Positions 13,398 through 27,438 are shown, counted from the stretch's first letter. The stretch is 64,000 nt of DNA from Octopus vulgaris (GCA_951406725.2 OX597816.1:620001-684000); one strand, 5' to 3'. Notes: a model not told the origin generated them from the letters alone. Numbers and translations are program-made.

Positions 13398-13520
13398 AGG
13401 CAGCGAGCTGGTAGAATTGTTAGTGTGCTAAATGAAATGCTTAGCAGCATTTTGCCCGTTGCTATATTCTGAGTTCAAATTTTGCCACGGTTAACTTTTC
13501 CTTTCATCCTTTTGGGTAAG
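13398..13520 (+). mobile_element. Second SINE family head (GGCAGCGAGCTGGCAGAAT... type)
   Basis: tRNA-like head with GAGTTCAAAT B-box and TTTCATCCTTT core. Degenerate relatives at about 42430 and 60500. Confidence 0.65.
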
Positions 13521-14433
13521 TCAAGTAAAGAAAGAAGACAGCAATAAAAGATACAAGTCCATGATACACAGAATAAAACACAAAAAGGTATCAACACGGA
13601 TGGTAGAAGAGTCACAAAGAGGAGGAAAGGGTGGACGGGCACATGAGGAATGGCGTTGGTGAATCTAGGGAAACACAGGATTTTTGAAGGGTGCAGTGTC
13701 CTGACAGCTAACAACTGACAAAGGTACTTTACTGCAATGGTTCAAAGTATGAAATAATGTTTCTGAAAGTCACGAGTGCTTCGCTACATTTTATTTTATG
13801 TCCATAAATGATAGAAATATTGAATTGAAAATAGTCGCCATGAGTGGTGGATAATGTTGAAAGGCTTCTTACCAAGACATTGTTATTCTGCCAGAGTATA
13901 CACGTTAATGAAGGTTTAACAGACCTGATTACAGTTATTGGAATAAAGCTAAAACAAAAAGAAACACCTTACCCTCAACTTTCTCATTCTTTCTTTCCAT
14001 CGTCCGTTGTTGTCGTCCACGTTTTGCGAGTTTCAAAGAGGCAGACGATCATTCAGTGTGCCGAAGCGCATGCGTGGACGGAGGGGCGGGAAACTATAAA
14101 TAACGATTCTGTCCCGGTCCACCTTTCAATGTTTCTTCTATTCACATCACCAACACCATTTCTCCATTCGTCAGAAACAAACCTCAGTCCAAATTATTTA
14201 CCAATCAAGATCATTTTCATTTCATCTCAGTATCTATCTACCTATCTTCTTTTCATTCTGTTAATGTATCGTTTTCCATTCTGAGAATCCGAATAAGCAT
14301 TTGGACCTAATAAAAACGGCCTTGCCACAGCCTTTATGCTGGAACACGTAAAACAATAATATACACGACTACACTTGATTACTCTTTTAATTGAACTCTC
14401 TATCGAAATATGTAGCTATTCACCATTCTAGCT

Positions 14434-17199
14434 CAGTGTTTCCCAAACTTTCCGCGCCAAATTGCAATATCGGCCAAAAAATGCTCCATCGCCCACCTGT
14501 GTAAAAAGAAATATCCGGACGGACCCCACCAACACAAAATCCCCTGGAATCCTTCTCCAACCGTATCATTTGACACACATACTATATCGTAGACTCGTTG
14601 CCCTGTTAGTGCCGTTTGAACTAAATATGCGGTTGTTTACAAATCCTTTATCGTGGGTTTAGTTTAGCCATTAGTGTAAATAAAAGTCTAACGTTAACTC
14701 TATATTATGCTGCCAAATTAACTTCTGGAAACTTGCGCTTTCTTTTGCACTGATTTTCATTTTCCCCAAATGAACCATTCATCAGAACTACCGATGCAAA
14801 AATAATGAATGATTTTATCATAAAGGAACAGAATAAAACTTTTTAATGGGAATACATTCGGTTTCAAACTTGTCAACTTTAGCCGCAAGTCTTCTCGTTG
14901 TATTACATCCAGTCCAATTCTTTTATGGGAAAATAAAGTTCCAACATGGTTAAAACCAGATTTAACCAGGTATGAGGTAGGGAAGGCAAGCGAAAGTAAT
15001 TTCAGATGTTTCCACAGATTGTGGCAGGAATTCAATATATTCTAATGATGCCACAAACCTTGTCATTACAGCGATATAGCATTGTGGCGTCATTTTGTAA
15101 TTCTGTCAATTCGTCCTGAACATCATCCTAGCAATCGACCTCAAACGGATTGCTTGATATACTGATTTGGAATATTCAGCGCAATTGTAAATAGTTGCAA
15201 TATGTAGTTAAACCTTCATCAATCAATTCATCTTTCAAAGAATCAAGTTGTGGAATTTGAAATGTTAGTCTTAAACAACACCAATTTCGAAATGAAGGTA
15301 GTGATAGATAATTTACAATCAACGAGTGTTTTTCTGCTTCCTTGCAATAACTTATTCAAATCATTTAGTTCCATGACAATATCACAAAGATAAAAGATAT
15401 CGCACCTTGCAACCATCAATGGAACGGATAGTGGAGTATTTTCAAAGAAAAGATATGTAAAACAGTTTAATAAAGCGTAAAACACAGTTTCCTTTTGATA
15501 ATCACCGCACTTCGGTTATGGTATAAGAGTTTAGTATGGTCCTCATCATTTCTCAGACAGAGTTGACGGAAAATTCGATCAGACAAGGGAGTGGACTTCA
15601 ATTTGTTCACAGTCTTCATAGATAACTGTAGCACATCATTCAATCTGCTGTTCATATTTTTTGCCACTAAATGCTGCCGGTGTGCCAAGTAGTGAACAGT
15701 TAGTGTCTGGTGGGAAATTTCACGCTTTACGAGAGATGGAAAAATCTGTCTTTCTATCATCGAAGGGGTTCCATCAGACGCACAGGCAAGAATATTACTG
15801 AGTGGGATATTATGTTCAAAAAGGAAAGACTTGAAAGTGTGAAAAATAGGTTGCACCTTTTGAATTAAGTGGCAATTTCTCAGTGAACAGCATTTCCTGA
15901 CAAGGTTGAAAGTCTTCACTGAAATACCGAACACACACCATCATCAACAGTTGATTCATCCACTTGTATAGAAAGTTCAGAACATTAATGAGCTGATGTT
16001 TGACATCGTTGGCCCTTTTCATCGATGCGTCGAGATATTGTTATTGCCAAGTGGGATCTTCTTCATAATGTTATCATGTTTTTCGTGTATAACGGTTGAT
16101 AAACCTCTTCGATGATAACTGGGCGAAGTAATGTTTCTCCAATTGTGTGAGGCTTCCCAGGCTTAGCAACAAGCAATGCAATGTTGTACAATGCAATCAA
16201 CCCGTCATTCTCCTGTTTCCTAGAGTAGCGTGTTGAATGTTTGGATTTGCTTTTTGAAAGAGGAGCTCAGCTGCAAAAAGTATGCTAACGGCTTGTCCTT
16301 CTTGCCAGAATGCTTTGCATCAAAGTAATAACTTCAAGCATGAAGGCTTCGTTGGTCAATGTTTGATGGCAAAGAAGACACATTGGTAACGGGCAGTTTT
16401 GAGGAGGGAATAAATCCAAACGATAAATAATCACTACTGCACTGTCGAGAAATGTTCTTGACTTGAGGCATCAGTAAAGTGAAAATGAATTTCACTGGAT
16501 GGCGTCTGAAAGGCAGTATGGTCTTCCCAAAGAGAAGAAGTCATCGATAGAGCAGAGTCAGATGACACGTCTTTACTGGAGCAATTAAAATTTGATCATT
16601 TTCACCCAGTCAAGAAACACGATTTCAAAGCTGTCATTTTGTGCGTGACTGCACATTTTGTCAACATCCTTGTATTTTGATATGAAACCACAGAATTACG
16701 CACGACATAACTTTTTTTTTTATTTTCCGGAGTTTTCAGAAAATTTTGGCAAATTTGAATTCTATACGCGGGACTTTATGCCTATTTGGCTGCTATTTTT
16801 AGCCCGCATGACAACCATCTCGATGACTGCGACAAAAACATTCAATCGATACACAAGTCCGCTTTTTTTTTTATACAAAGGGACGTCTCATGCGAGTAGT
16901 CAAATCGATAAACGTGCATCACGGCGATCTTTCGCAAATTATTATTATTATGCCAAATACCCACGTTTTCGGATACGGAGATCCCGGAAAATTGCCAAAA
17001 ATCGAAATTTTGAAATTTCTTCCCCGCCAATTTTTCACTTTTTTTCCGTAATGCTAACCCTAAGTAGAAACATTTTTGGAAATTTTTTTTCAGAATCATA
17101 ATCTCCGTATTTTTTCCGCATATTTTGACAAAAAAAAGATTTTTTTTTTCAGAATCATAATCTCCGCATATTTTTGGGGAAAAGTTAAAAATGAAGAAA

Positions 17200-17230
<31 letters not shown>

Positions 17231-17443
17231 ATTTAAAAAATGCCAATGTTTTTGCAGATTTGTATTCTCCGTAGCCAAAAACGGGGGTTTGTGTAGAAAT
17301 TTTTTTTTTTTGAGGGGGAGAGTACAAAAGGAAGTCTTGCCCTTAATTTCTAAAAATTCATTGTCACCCACGAAATGTTCATATTGCCCACCATTTTCTA
17401 GAAATTCGCATATCTCCCACCTGTAAGTCGAAATCGCCCACTA
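14434..17443 (-). mobile_element. hAT (Charlie/Buster, ZBED5/SCAND3-like) DNA transposon fossil; transposase about 16470-14850
   Basis: TIR CAGTGTTTCCCAAAC at 14434, TTCTAG-containing flanks at both ends, subterminal ATCGCCCAC repeats. Peptides DYLSFGF, ACASDGTPSM, HYLAHRQHL and FPTSYLV.SGF. Many frameshifts. Confidence 0.88.
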
Positions 17444-18254
17444 TTCTAGACTCTGTCCATTCATATACAATGTGTCTGTGTGGAGAGAAGATATAGAAGA
17501 AAGTTTTTTTTTGTTTTCACAAAACTTTTTTCTACTTCCATCAGTAAATACTCTCTCTCTCTCTCTTTCTCAGCCTCGCCATTCAATTATACCACATCGC
17601 CCTGCGCTAAACATTTTCTCTCTCCACATAATAAAAACTTTTTATTGTCTTCTTTTAATTCATCACCTGGCAACATCATACATTTGGCCTATGCGTAAAT
17701 ATAGATAAATATACTTTTCTAACATTGGCACAAGGCTAAAAGGTGGGGGGTCAGTCGATTAAATTCACTCCTGTCCTTCACTCGTACATTTCTTCTCGGC
17801 CTTTCCCACAGAAGGGTGATTGACCCCAGTGGGGTCCTGAAAGGGCAGCTGTACTATGGATAACAGAACAAAAATGCACCTGTGTGTGATATATTAATAT
17901 CTTTGACTCAGAAAGCATTTCAGTTTATTCCAATCTGTTTGAAATATTCTTTGGTTTTTCAAGAACTAAGTACAACAAATGTAGACATATTTGTGTGTTA
18001 GCGTTTCCTTGCCTTTAGCTCATGTGATTTTTGTAAATAAGTGTCACCATTCTATAGTCAGTGTCCTCCATTTCCAATTTTCCATGAAAACATGTCCGGT
18101 CATGGAGGAAAAATATTACTTTATTTGGAAGAAGGAAGGGTATCTGGCTGTATAAAATCTGCCTAAATGAATTCCAGCTGATCCATGCATGCATGGAAAA
18201 GTAGATGTTAAAATGATGATGATTGTTAATCCATATTTTTCACTTGCTTTCCAG

Positions 18255-18416
18255 CATGCAAGTCTTCGTTCAAAAAGAAGGAGCCAGACAGAAGAAAAGG
18301 AAAAAGAAGACACATTATCACCTGGAATGTTATCAACTGAAGCATCAGAAGCTATTCCACAATCTTCAACTGTACAAGACACCAATGATACAGATCATCT
18401 CCTTGACCTCTCATAG
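18255..18416 (+). CDS. DUF21/CBS-pair protein, probable terminal exon (HASLRSKRRSQTEEKE...DTDHLLDLS*)
   Basis: ttgctttccag acceptor, phase 0, open to TAG at 18414-18416, ATTAAA at 18599. Low-complexity tail with no homology check possible. Confidence 0.6.
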   Translation, partial: HASLRSKRRSQTEEKEKEDTLSPGMLSTEASEAIPQSSTVQDTNDTDHLLDLS

Positions 18417-20026
18417 ATGCTGTCTTTTCACAAAAGAAAATAATCAAGAGAAATATTTTTCCTTACAACCTTCTTTGCACATATTGACAGTTGTTATCAA
18501 AGTAGGAGCATTCCATGTCAGTTTTTACAAGTTGCTTTTTTTAAACGGTTTTGTTTTCCCAATATTCTGATCTTATAAGGAGTAATGCTTAATTTATCAT
18601 TAAACTAATATTTTTTTATGTTGTAATTTTATCAGATATCTAACAATGATCAAGTGGGTTTAAGCAAAATCTCTCAGATAGTCAAGTTATTAAATCATCT
18701 CAATGGCATATTCATTCTTGATACATTCCAGCAGATTCAGACATGAATGTGCTAAGTGCTGTCACATTTTGTCTTTGGTGAACAATTTCTCCTTTCAGAT
18801 GATTTGAATCAAGAACAAACTCCATACATTGATGTAAAACACTTTGAGACACAGCTGTGTTCTGACCTTGCTGAGTTTCTTCAGTTAAAGCTATCTCACC
18901 TGGATCAATGAATCTAAACAAGAACTGCTTATAGAGATCAGCAAACAAATGACCAGTTTGGCAGAAATCAACCTGCATCAGTAAACAATTTGTTTGTTGA
19001 ATTCTATAATGAAGAACCACAATTCTGGTTTAGCTTCATTAATCCAAGGGTAGCTTTGAGTGTAGGGACATAAACAGATTGAAATGTCACAGTGTCTCAA
19101 AGTCCACTCACCTTAATGAAGTCTGTTGTGAACACACATCATCTAAAAGTTGTTTGCTGAAGACAAAATACAACAGTGATTAGCAATTCAGGTTTCAATC
19201 AGATGGAACACATTAAGAATAATATGGACATCATTGTAGTTAAGAAATTAATTTCTAGAAACGTTTTGCTGGTTCACTACTAAATGCAGGATGTCAGAGA
19301 ACAAAACTTAAATTTGAATGCTGGCAGGTAGAGGCATGGCTGTGTGGTTAAGAAGTTCACTTTGCAATCATGTGGTCTTGAGTTCAAGCTTACTGTGTGA
19401 CACCTTAGGCAAGTTTCTCCTATACTGGCACTGGGCCAACCAAAGCCTTGCAAGTGAATTTGGTAGATGGAAACTGCAAGAAGCCCACCATATATGTAAG
19501 TGTCATCATCTTTTAACATCTGTCGTCCATGCTGGCATGTATGTGCGCACACACACACACACACACACACATATGTATGTATATACATACAGGGTGTTTG
19601 GCCTAAATTTGACTGTGTCATAAAAGGAAATGAAACATAATATCTCATCCCAAAATAAAAATATCAACAAGACTGTTGCTGAGAGATACTCGACTCTCAG
19701 TTTCCATCACAGCCTTAAGCCAGCTCAAGAGCCTGGCACATGCATTCCTGGGACGATTTTTGAACAGTTCTTTGACTTTGACCACCAGCTCAGCCTGGGT
19801 GGTGCAGGCAGAGTGGTTGGTGTCTTTCTCAACTACACCCTATAACAGTAATCCATGGGATTACAATCACCTAATCCACTCACAAAGCTCTAATCAGATA
19901 CCCTTATCCTGGGTGCTGCACAGTGGGACTGAAACTGAAGGCTGGGAGGAAAACTTCTTCACCTCACAGCCACACTTGTAGATGAGAAATAATGAAAAAC
20001 GAAATTGGAAGAGGAAAAAAATTACT

Positions 20027-20032
20027 TTTATT
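20027..20032 (-). promoter_or_regulatory. Candidate polyadenylation signal of ZC4H2
   Basis: AATAAA on the minus strand about 130 nt after the stop codon. Confidence 0.4.
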
Positions 20033-20162
20033 ATAAATATGGAGTAAGAAATGAAATGCTTTTAAATGTAAGATGAGAAGATAATAGAAAGACATGAAAC
20101 TATGGAGGGAATGGAATAAAATAGAGGAATTGAGAGTGGTGAGATATAAGGTTACAACCAGT

Positions 20163-20276
<114 letters not shown>

Positions 20277-20374
20277 CTAGAATATAATAAAAGTTTAAAA
20301 AATGAAATATTGTCTGCAATATATTTTTTGGGTTTCAATTAAATCTCAGTCAAATTTGAATGCATATGGCATTA

Positions 20375-20688
20375 CAATTGAACCTTGGTTTACAAAATGA
20401 ATTCATTCTTGAAGGTCGTTTGTCACTCAATACGTTTACAAACTGAAACTATTTTTCCTATAGGACATTCAAAAGAAACCGCACTGAATTCAAGAAGGGA
20501 AGTGCACAGAGCAAAAGCCAGACAGCAACTGAGGTTCTCCAGCTGATACTCCCAGTTTGTTGCTCTTGTTGGTTTGTATGTTCATTACTTGAGACACCAT
20601 TCGTCACCCGAGATGTTTTATGTTTGAAAAATTGTTCATAAACCAATTTGTTCAAGATGAGAGATGTTCATAAACCAAGGTTCCACTG
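20375..20688. mobile_element. Tigger/pogo-like MITE in ZC4H2 intron 4
   Basis: Imperfect TIR CAGTGGAACCTTGGTTT at both ends, flanked by TA target duplications (20373-74 and 20689-90). Confidence 0.8.
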
Positions 20689-21099
20689 TACTTACACCAA
20701 GGTTTGTTGTGATTCCTAGGACTCCTTAAGGCCAGGGCTTAACCTGGTTTCAAAGCGATTTGGCTGGCTGAGATTACACCATTATACACTGGATAGGATG
20801 TCAGTCCTTCACAAGGTTAACTCATTTGCTGATGAACACAATGCACTACCCAGTCTGGGAATCAAAACCACAGTCTTAAGATCACAAGTGCAACATGTGG
20901 AATTACTAGTCTGCATACCTTCATTTAGTGTCCACCTCTTGACTGGACAGGGCAGAAAACTAATAGTGGAGAAATATAGAGCGATAGAATAATAGGAATA
21001 AAGCTTAAAGAATGGAAGTAGATATATTTTATGGAAGTGCAATGTAAGAAGACAAAGGTAAAATTTTATAGAATGGTAGTTAAAAAATTAAAGCTTAAT

Positions 21100-22200
21100 T
21101 TACGGTCTAATTCATTGCAAGTGGTCAACTGGTTTAGTTCTATTAATAACAAGAAGTGCACTAAGTTTATCCAATTTGACATTTCTAGTTTCTATTCCTC
21201 TATCAACCCAATTGTACTTAACAAGGCACCCTGGTTCACTCGCAACAGAGCAGGTCTCACCAGGGATGAAATTAATGTCGTGCTGGCTGCCAGAAAATCT
21301 AGTATTAAATTTGATAACAAGCTATGGGTCTGTAAAGATACACTTGACAGTTTTGATGTCACAATGAGAAGTTCTGATTCAGCACAAATCGCTGATTTGG
21401 TCGGTATATATATCCTTTATGAGATGGTTGACCAATTCCCAAACATCAACGGAGGTCTATATCGTGATGATTGTCTATTCTACCTTCAAAATGCTTCTAA
21501 CCAAAAATTACAAAGGGTTAGGAATAGCATAGTTAAATTTTTCCAAAACATGGGCTTAAGCATTGTTTTTGACGATGATATAACTTTTTTGGATATTACC
21601 CTTAACTTTAATAATGATTTGTTTTTTCCCATACCATAAACCCTCAACTAATTTAAAATATATTAACTCTTTCAGTAATCACTCTAAGGATATTAATATT
21701 AGGAACATTTCACTTAAACTTTCTAGATTATCTGCTAATGTTGATATCTTTAACAATAAAGCTGAATTTTATAACTCTGCCTTACATAAAGCAGGCTATA
21801 AAGAAAAAATTACTTATATTAAATCCTATTGACATTAATTCTACCTCTATTAATCAGGACATGAAATCAAGTTATAATGACATTAACGATTTTAATTCTA
21901 TTTCGAATAACAACACCAAATCGAGTAATGCATTTCTGCAGCGTAAGGGAGATAACCGTTATTTAAGACCCTTTTTTACCCTAGTAACAAGGTCTGTCAT
22001 AGCAAAACTGTTTTGTTAACAATTCCATATGGTAAGCAGATCAAATTTAACTTCCCTTACTAGTTTCGTGAAGCTATAGAAAAGAAATTCAGGATATTAT
22101 TCGATTATGATCTCACACAGAATCAGGATAGGTTTTTCTAACACAAAAAATCTCTCATAAATCATCTCTTCGCATAATCAGTTGTTAAATAGAGCATCAG
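21100..22200 (+). mobile_element. Penelope-like element RT fragment
   Basis: FIQFDISSFYSSI, FDVTM.SSDSAQIADLVGIYIL, GLYRDD, ITFLDITL and PYHKP..NLKYIN..SNH. Confidence 0.85.
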
Positions 22201-22539
22201 CCACCTTGCCTCTGTGAGGCTCAATGCTCAAAAGGTGCCTTTTATGTGCCACCACCAGCATGGGTGCCAGTTACTTGACAGCAGCATCAACCATAACGAT
22301 GATTTCACTTATCTTGACAGATCTTCTCAAACACAGCATATCACCAAAAGTCTGTTATTAGCCATTGCCTTCATGAGGCCCAGAGTTCAAAAATCATGCT
22401 TCACCACCTTGACTCATGTCTTCCTGGGTCTACCTCTAACACAGGTTCCCTCCACAGTTAGAGATTGGCACTTCTTTACACAGCTGTCTTCACCCATATG
22501 CATCACATGACCATACAAGTGCAGTTGTCTTTCTTATGT

Positions 22540-23485
22540 ATATAAAAGATTCTTAGACGACTGCTTTATATTTTGGAACCAAGATAAGGAAGACCTTAGA
22601 AAATTTCTTAAATTAGCAAATAGCATTCATGTCTCAATCCAGTTCACTATGGGAACGGATGAAAAGGAACTCCCCTTTCTGAACATCCTGAAAATTAAAG
22701 AAAATGAAACAGTTTCAACTAACCTCTACTACAAGAACACAGACACACACCAATATTTAGATTTTAGATCTTACCACTCTTCCCATACAAAAAGGAACAA
22801 ACGATTTAATATGTTCAATAGTCACAGATACTATTAGACAAGAGAAACAACTGGCAGAACTTAATATATTCGTTGAGAAACAAAAATATCCCAACAAGTT
22901 AATTCAACATGCCACAGTAGAAGCAAAGGAAATCCCGATTTCTAGCTGATGGAGAAAAACTCAGGATAGGTGTGAAAATACAAATATTTTGTTTGCAGTC
23001 ACCCACAATCCTGGAAACCACAACATCCTACACTCAGCCAAACGATACCTCCCAAATCTACATGAATTAGTCGAAAACAACCACTTAACCCCAAGAGACT
23101 TCTAACAGAGGCAAGATTCACATTTGAAAAAGAAATGATGCAAGTAACCAACTGTGGAGACCCCCCATTATGGGACATTTGAATTTATTGAGCAAGGGAC
23201 AACCAAAAGATTCAAGAAAGTGAATGCAAAACAAAAAACCTCATCTACAGCATCACATGCCTACAAGGCAACGGAAACTAGATTGGAGAGACAGGAAGGA
23301 AACGAACCAAATGTGCATAGACAACAAAATAGGGATCCATCTTTTATGAATGTCCCATGCAGTGACCATCGAGACATCTGTGCAAATGAAAAATTTACAA
23401 AATAAATGATGAAAATGTACAACTATGAAAGACAGAAGAAGAATACTTTATAACAATTTTAAATCTGAAATTAAACCAAAAATAG
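22540..23485 (+). mobile_element. Second Penelope-like element fragment (RT C-terminus plus GIY-YIG remnant)
   Basis: YKRFLDDCFIFW, ELPFL and LYYKNTDTHQYLDF.S.H..HTK, with a degenerate endonuclease downstream. Confidence 0.8.
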
Positions 23486-24009
23486 CCAACACCCCATATA
23501 ATAAACACTGGTAAAAAAAATATTTATGACCAAAACCATAAGTCCGGAAATAATACTATCACAACCACAAAAATAACAACTTCCTCTTTATGAGCACGTG
23601 TGTTTGAAAAGGTTTAACAAAAGCATTCACACACTAGAAAAAAAAACTTCTTCCCAAAAAAGGTTAGTAACATCCTCATAAAAGATTTCATAATATTCTT
23701 TTAAAAAATGATTTTTTTCTTTAAAATCACCTTTACACTTCAAAAATTGTATCCAGTTATCCTCATAGACTTTCATATATATATATACACACACATACAT
23801 GCATTTTCTGTCTCTTAAATTCAACACAAAAAGTACTGTTTAACTCATAACTGTGTCCAAGATGCCATAGAACAAGCCTCAGACTCGGAACCTTGTAGTT
23901 GTCAGACTGACTTCTTAATCACACAGCCATGCTTACATCCACTGATTGACAAAAAGGATTTTCTACAACTGATTGTTTCAATATAAATTTGGTGAATACA
24001 AAGTTTTAC

Positions 24010-24166
24010 CTTCATTGGTGGTGGCTGCTGACGGAATGTCTGGCGTTCATTTTTATTGCGAGGGACTTGAATTTGCTGTGCAGCTGCAGCAGCAACTGCT
24101 AATGACTGTGGCAACGAAGATTCAACACTCTCTGACTGCCATTCAACATTCTGCTTCTCAAAATAT
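24010..24166 (-). CDS. ZC4H2: ZC4H2 exon 4 ([10 protein letters not shown]...[13 protein letters not shown]...[10 protein letters not shown])
   Basis: cttccag acceptor and AAG|gtaaaa donor, 157 nt. Poly-Ala and FRQQPPPMK motifs. Confidence 0.96.
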
Positions 24167-25959
24167 CTGGAAGACAATCATTTTAACAATTTTATTCCTA
24201 AACTTCAGACTTGTGAAGATAATTAACTTTTTGAATTAATTTTTTAAACATATATTTTTGTCTATTTCTTAAACACTTTAACATTCAGGATGTTCTGTCA
24301 AATTGTTTTCAATTAACAAAACATTATCTCATAACTTTGAGATTTCAATGATGTGGTTATATATATTTGAATGACATGGTAGGGTAAGTATAAGAGGTCA
24401 GATCTGGCCAGTTAAAACATAAAATAGGTAGAATATTTGGGCCAGATATGGCTGGTTGAAGTGCTAAAGGGTTAAATGAACACACAACATATTTTCTCAG
24501 TAACACTGTTACTCATTTAAATATTTCTTTCATCAATTTCCCCAAAATATTTGCCATTCTCTTAAATACATTTCTTCAACCAGTTATTCATCAATTTTCC
24601 ATTTTTGAAGTGAGTTAATAAAATTAAAAATGAACAGAAGTTGCTTTTTTAACCCAAATTTACAAAAGTTAATTTCAATTATATTTACTAAATTATCAAT
24701 CCATATCATACTGAACTCATGAATGATAAAATCAGTTAGTTTAGTAAAGGATGAATAGACATCACTTGGGGTGACGAGTAGAAAGACGGTTATTTCATTT
24801 TTGTTTTACAAAAAAAAAAAAAAAATCCAGCCACATGTCCATATTTAATGGCATAAAAGAGTCATGGGCATATCAGATGAATGCACTCGAATTTCAGCAG
24901 TGTATACAGAAAAGAGAATGACATTGACAAAATTAGCTCATGGCAGGCCCAACTTTGCATATAGAACCCATGGTGATTTTTTTTCACACATTTTAGGGAG
25001 TAAAAGTGCAAGAGATATGATATTAAATATGATAAAAGAATTAACAAACTCATAACCAAAAAAAATTAATCCAAATCAGAGAGCAACAAATGAAAAACTG
25101 TCAACTGCACAGTATTAACTTTAAATACAAAGAAAAACTAATTTTAAGAAATAATTGTTTTAGATTAGTTCCCCGACACATCACCTCCAAATCTGAAGTA
25201 TTTTAGCAATAAAGCATGAAATGAATATGAAAAACAACAACGGACAAGAATATTATCCTTCATTTATTCTTCATGTGGATGAGAAAATCTTAGAATCAGT
25301 GAAAAGGAAAATACTTAGAGGCAGATACTTCAGCTAGATTATTGAATTACACTGATACAGGGGACAATGGCTGAGTGATCTGGTTGTCCACAAAACTAGG
25401 GATTTCAATGTGTTTCTGACCAGAAGTCTTTAGGCAACACAGTCTCAGTTCACGGAGCTTTTGTCAGGGGATAGGAACCACTGCATCTGGATATATTACT
25501 TGCAATAGACTAGTATCCTATATTCATCTGTCATTTACTTCATGGTTTGAAACAACTGATGCTAAACACTACTCTTTGAGGCTTAGAATGCAATTAGATA
25601 ATTAATATTGAACTTGGTTATATTACTCAAAAATCAATGATTTTAAAAAGAGTTTCCAGATAAAGAAAAAGAAGCATTTAACAGGTTTACACATTTAATC
25701 AGTAAATAAAACAAAATAATGAAAGCATGACACACTTTTCTCAATTTCAATATGGTAATCTATATGAAATCTCTTTTTATTAAATTTTTTTTTCTGTCCA
25801 AGCCATGGCTTGGATGAGTCACAGCTATGTGGTTAAGAAGTTTGCTTCCCAACCACATGATTTTGAGTTCAGTCCCACTGCATGGCACCATGAGTAAGTG
25901 TCTTCCACTATAGCTGTGGGCTGACCAAAGCCTTGTGAGTGGATTTGGTTGAAGAAAAT

Positions 25960-26900
25960 GGCTCTGTCTGTGTGTGAGTGCCTGTATGTGGATGACTGCA
26001 ACTTAGTTGCTCCTACAGGTGATAATATGCAAATTTTCAAGGACCATATTTCTTCATCCTACAAGGCATCTGGACTTAGCATTAGCCTGGACAAATCTGT
26101 TGTAATGCTCCATCTTGTGCTAGGATGTGAAACCATCCTAGTTGAAGGAAAAGTACTGAAAGTGTTACACAAGTTTGTCTACTTGGGCAGCACACTCAGC
26201 TGTTCTTGCTCCTTGGCTGATGAAATACCTCAGAGGCTTCAGAAGGCAACTGATTCCTTCAGGGCTCTTTTGAGTCTTATATCCAGTCCCAACATGGCAT
26301 CACAAGGCAGACAAAAGTTGTTGTGCACTTTCTGTGTGTGTGTGTGTGTGCGTATTCTGGCATCACTCCTTTACTCATATGAGACATGGAGCCTTTACTG
26401 GCATCATGTAGGAGACCTTGAATGCTTCCATCAGAGATGTCTCAGACATGTTCTGAATGTTGGCTGACTCCAGGAACAGAACTCTTGGAAAGAACAGATG
26501 TCCTGAGCATTGAAACAACGGTGCACAAGCACCATTTACATTGGATTGGACATCTTGTTTGGACGAATGATCAGAGGATGCCTAAACAAACTCTGTATGG
26601 TGAACTTGTTTGCGGAGAGCCCAGAGCAGAAATCAAGACTATGATTTAAGGATTGTGTAAGATCCTCGTTGAAAGCATGGGAAATATGGGAAGCCAGTTG
26701 GGGAAGCAATGCTTGTTACCACCACCACCAATGGAAAAAGAAAAACCAAGTAAAGGAAGGAGAAGGAGGAGTTGGTGTTTTTGAAAGAAACATGCACTTT
26801 CCATGCAGAATTTAAGTAAGCTGCTCAAGAACGCACAACCTGTGCAGTGGATGTTTATCAAGGGCTGAGCTTATTAGTCACCGGCAAAGGCCACAAGTGT
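25960..26900 (+). mobile_element. RTE-BovB-like LINE 3' fragment
   Basis: LYVDD, KFVYLGS, LLYSYETW and HWIGHL...RMPKQTLYGEL. Confidence 0.82.
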
Positions 26901-27241
26901 AAAGTATAAATTTGTCTGAGTTTACAATATTCTTAATGGTCAGTGATGACCTTCAGTCACAAGTGAGCAGCTATAATTTGTGTGTGTATGCATGCACGTG
27001 TGTATATATGGATACATGTGCCGGTGGCACGTAAAAAGCACCAACCGATCGTGGCCGCTGTCAGCCTGTCACATAAAAAGCACCCACTACACTCTTGGAG
27101 TGGTTGGCGTTAGGAAGGGCATCCAGCTTTAGAAACACTGCCAGATCAGACTGGAGCCTGGTACAGCCTCCTGGTTTCCCAGACCCCGGTTGAACCGTCC
27201 AACCCGTGCTAGCACGGAAAACGGACGTTAAACGATGATGA

Positions 27242-27286
<45 letters not shown>

Positions 27287-27383
27287 GTAGTAAACACATA
27301 AATGTGAAACAAGGTGGAAAAAAGAGTACTCAAATACCAGTGGTAGAGTAATATGCTTTATTTTAAGCAGCAGAAAATTCAAC

Positions 27384-27430
27384 AAAATCTGTTACTCTGA
27401 GTTTCTCGTTGCCGTTCATCAGACAGTTTT
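27384..27430 (-). ncRNA. Minimal type I hammerhead ribozyme motif (minus-strand copy, sense to ZC4H2 pre-mRNA)
   Basis: Same core, with stem II CG-GCAA-CG. Confidence 0.65.
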
Positions 27431-27438
27431 TGCTAGCA

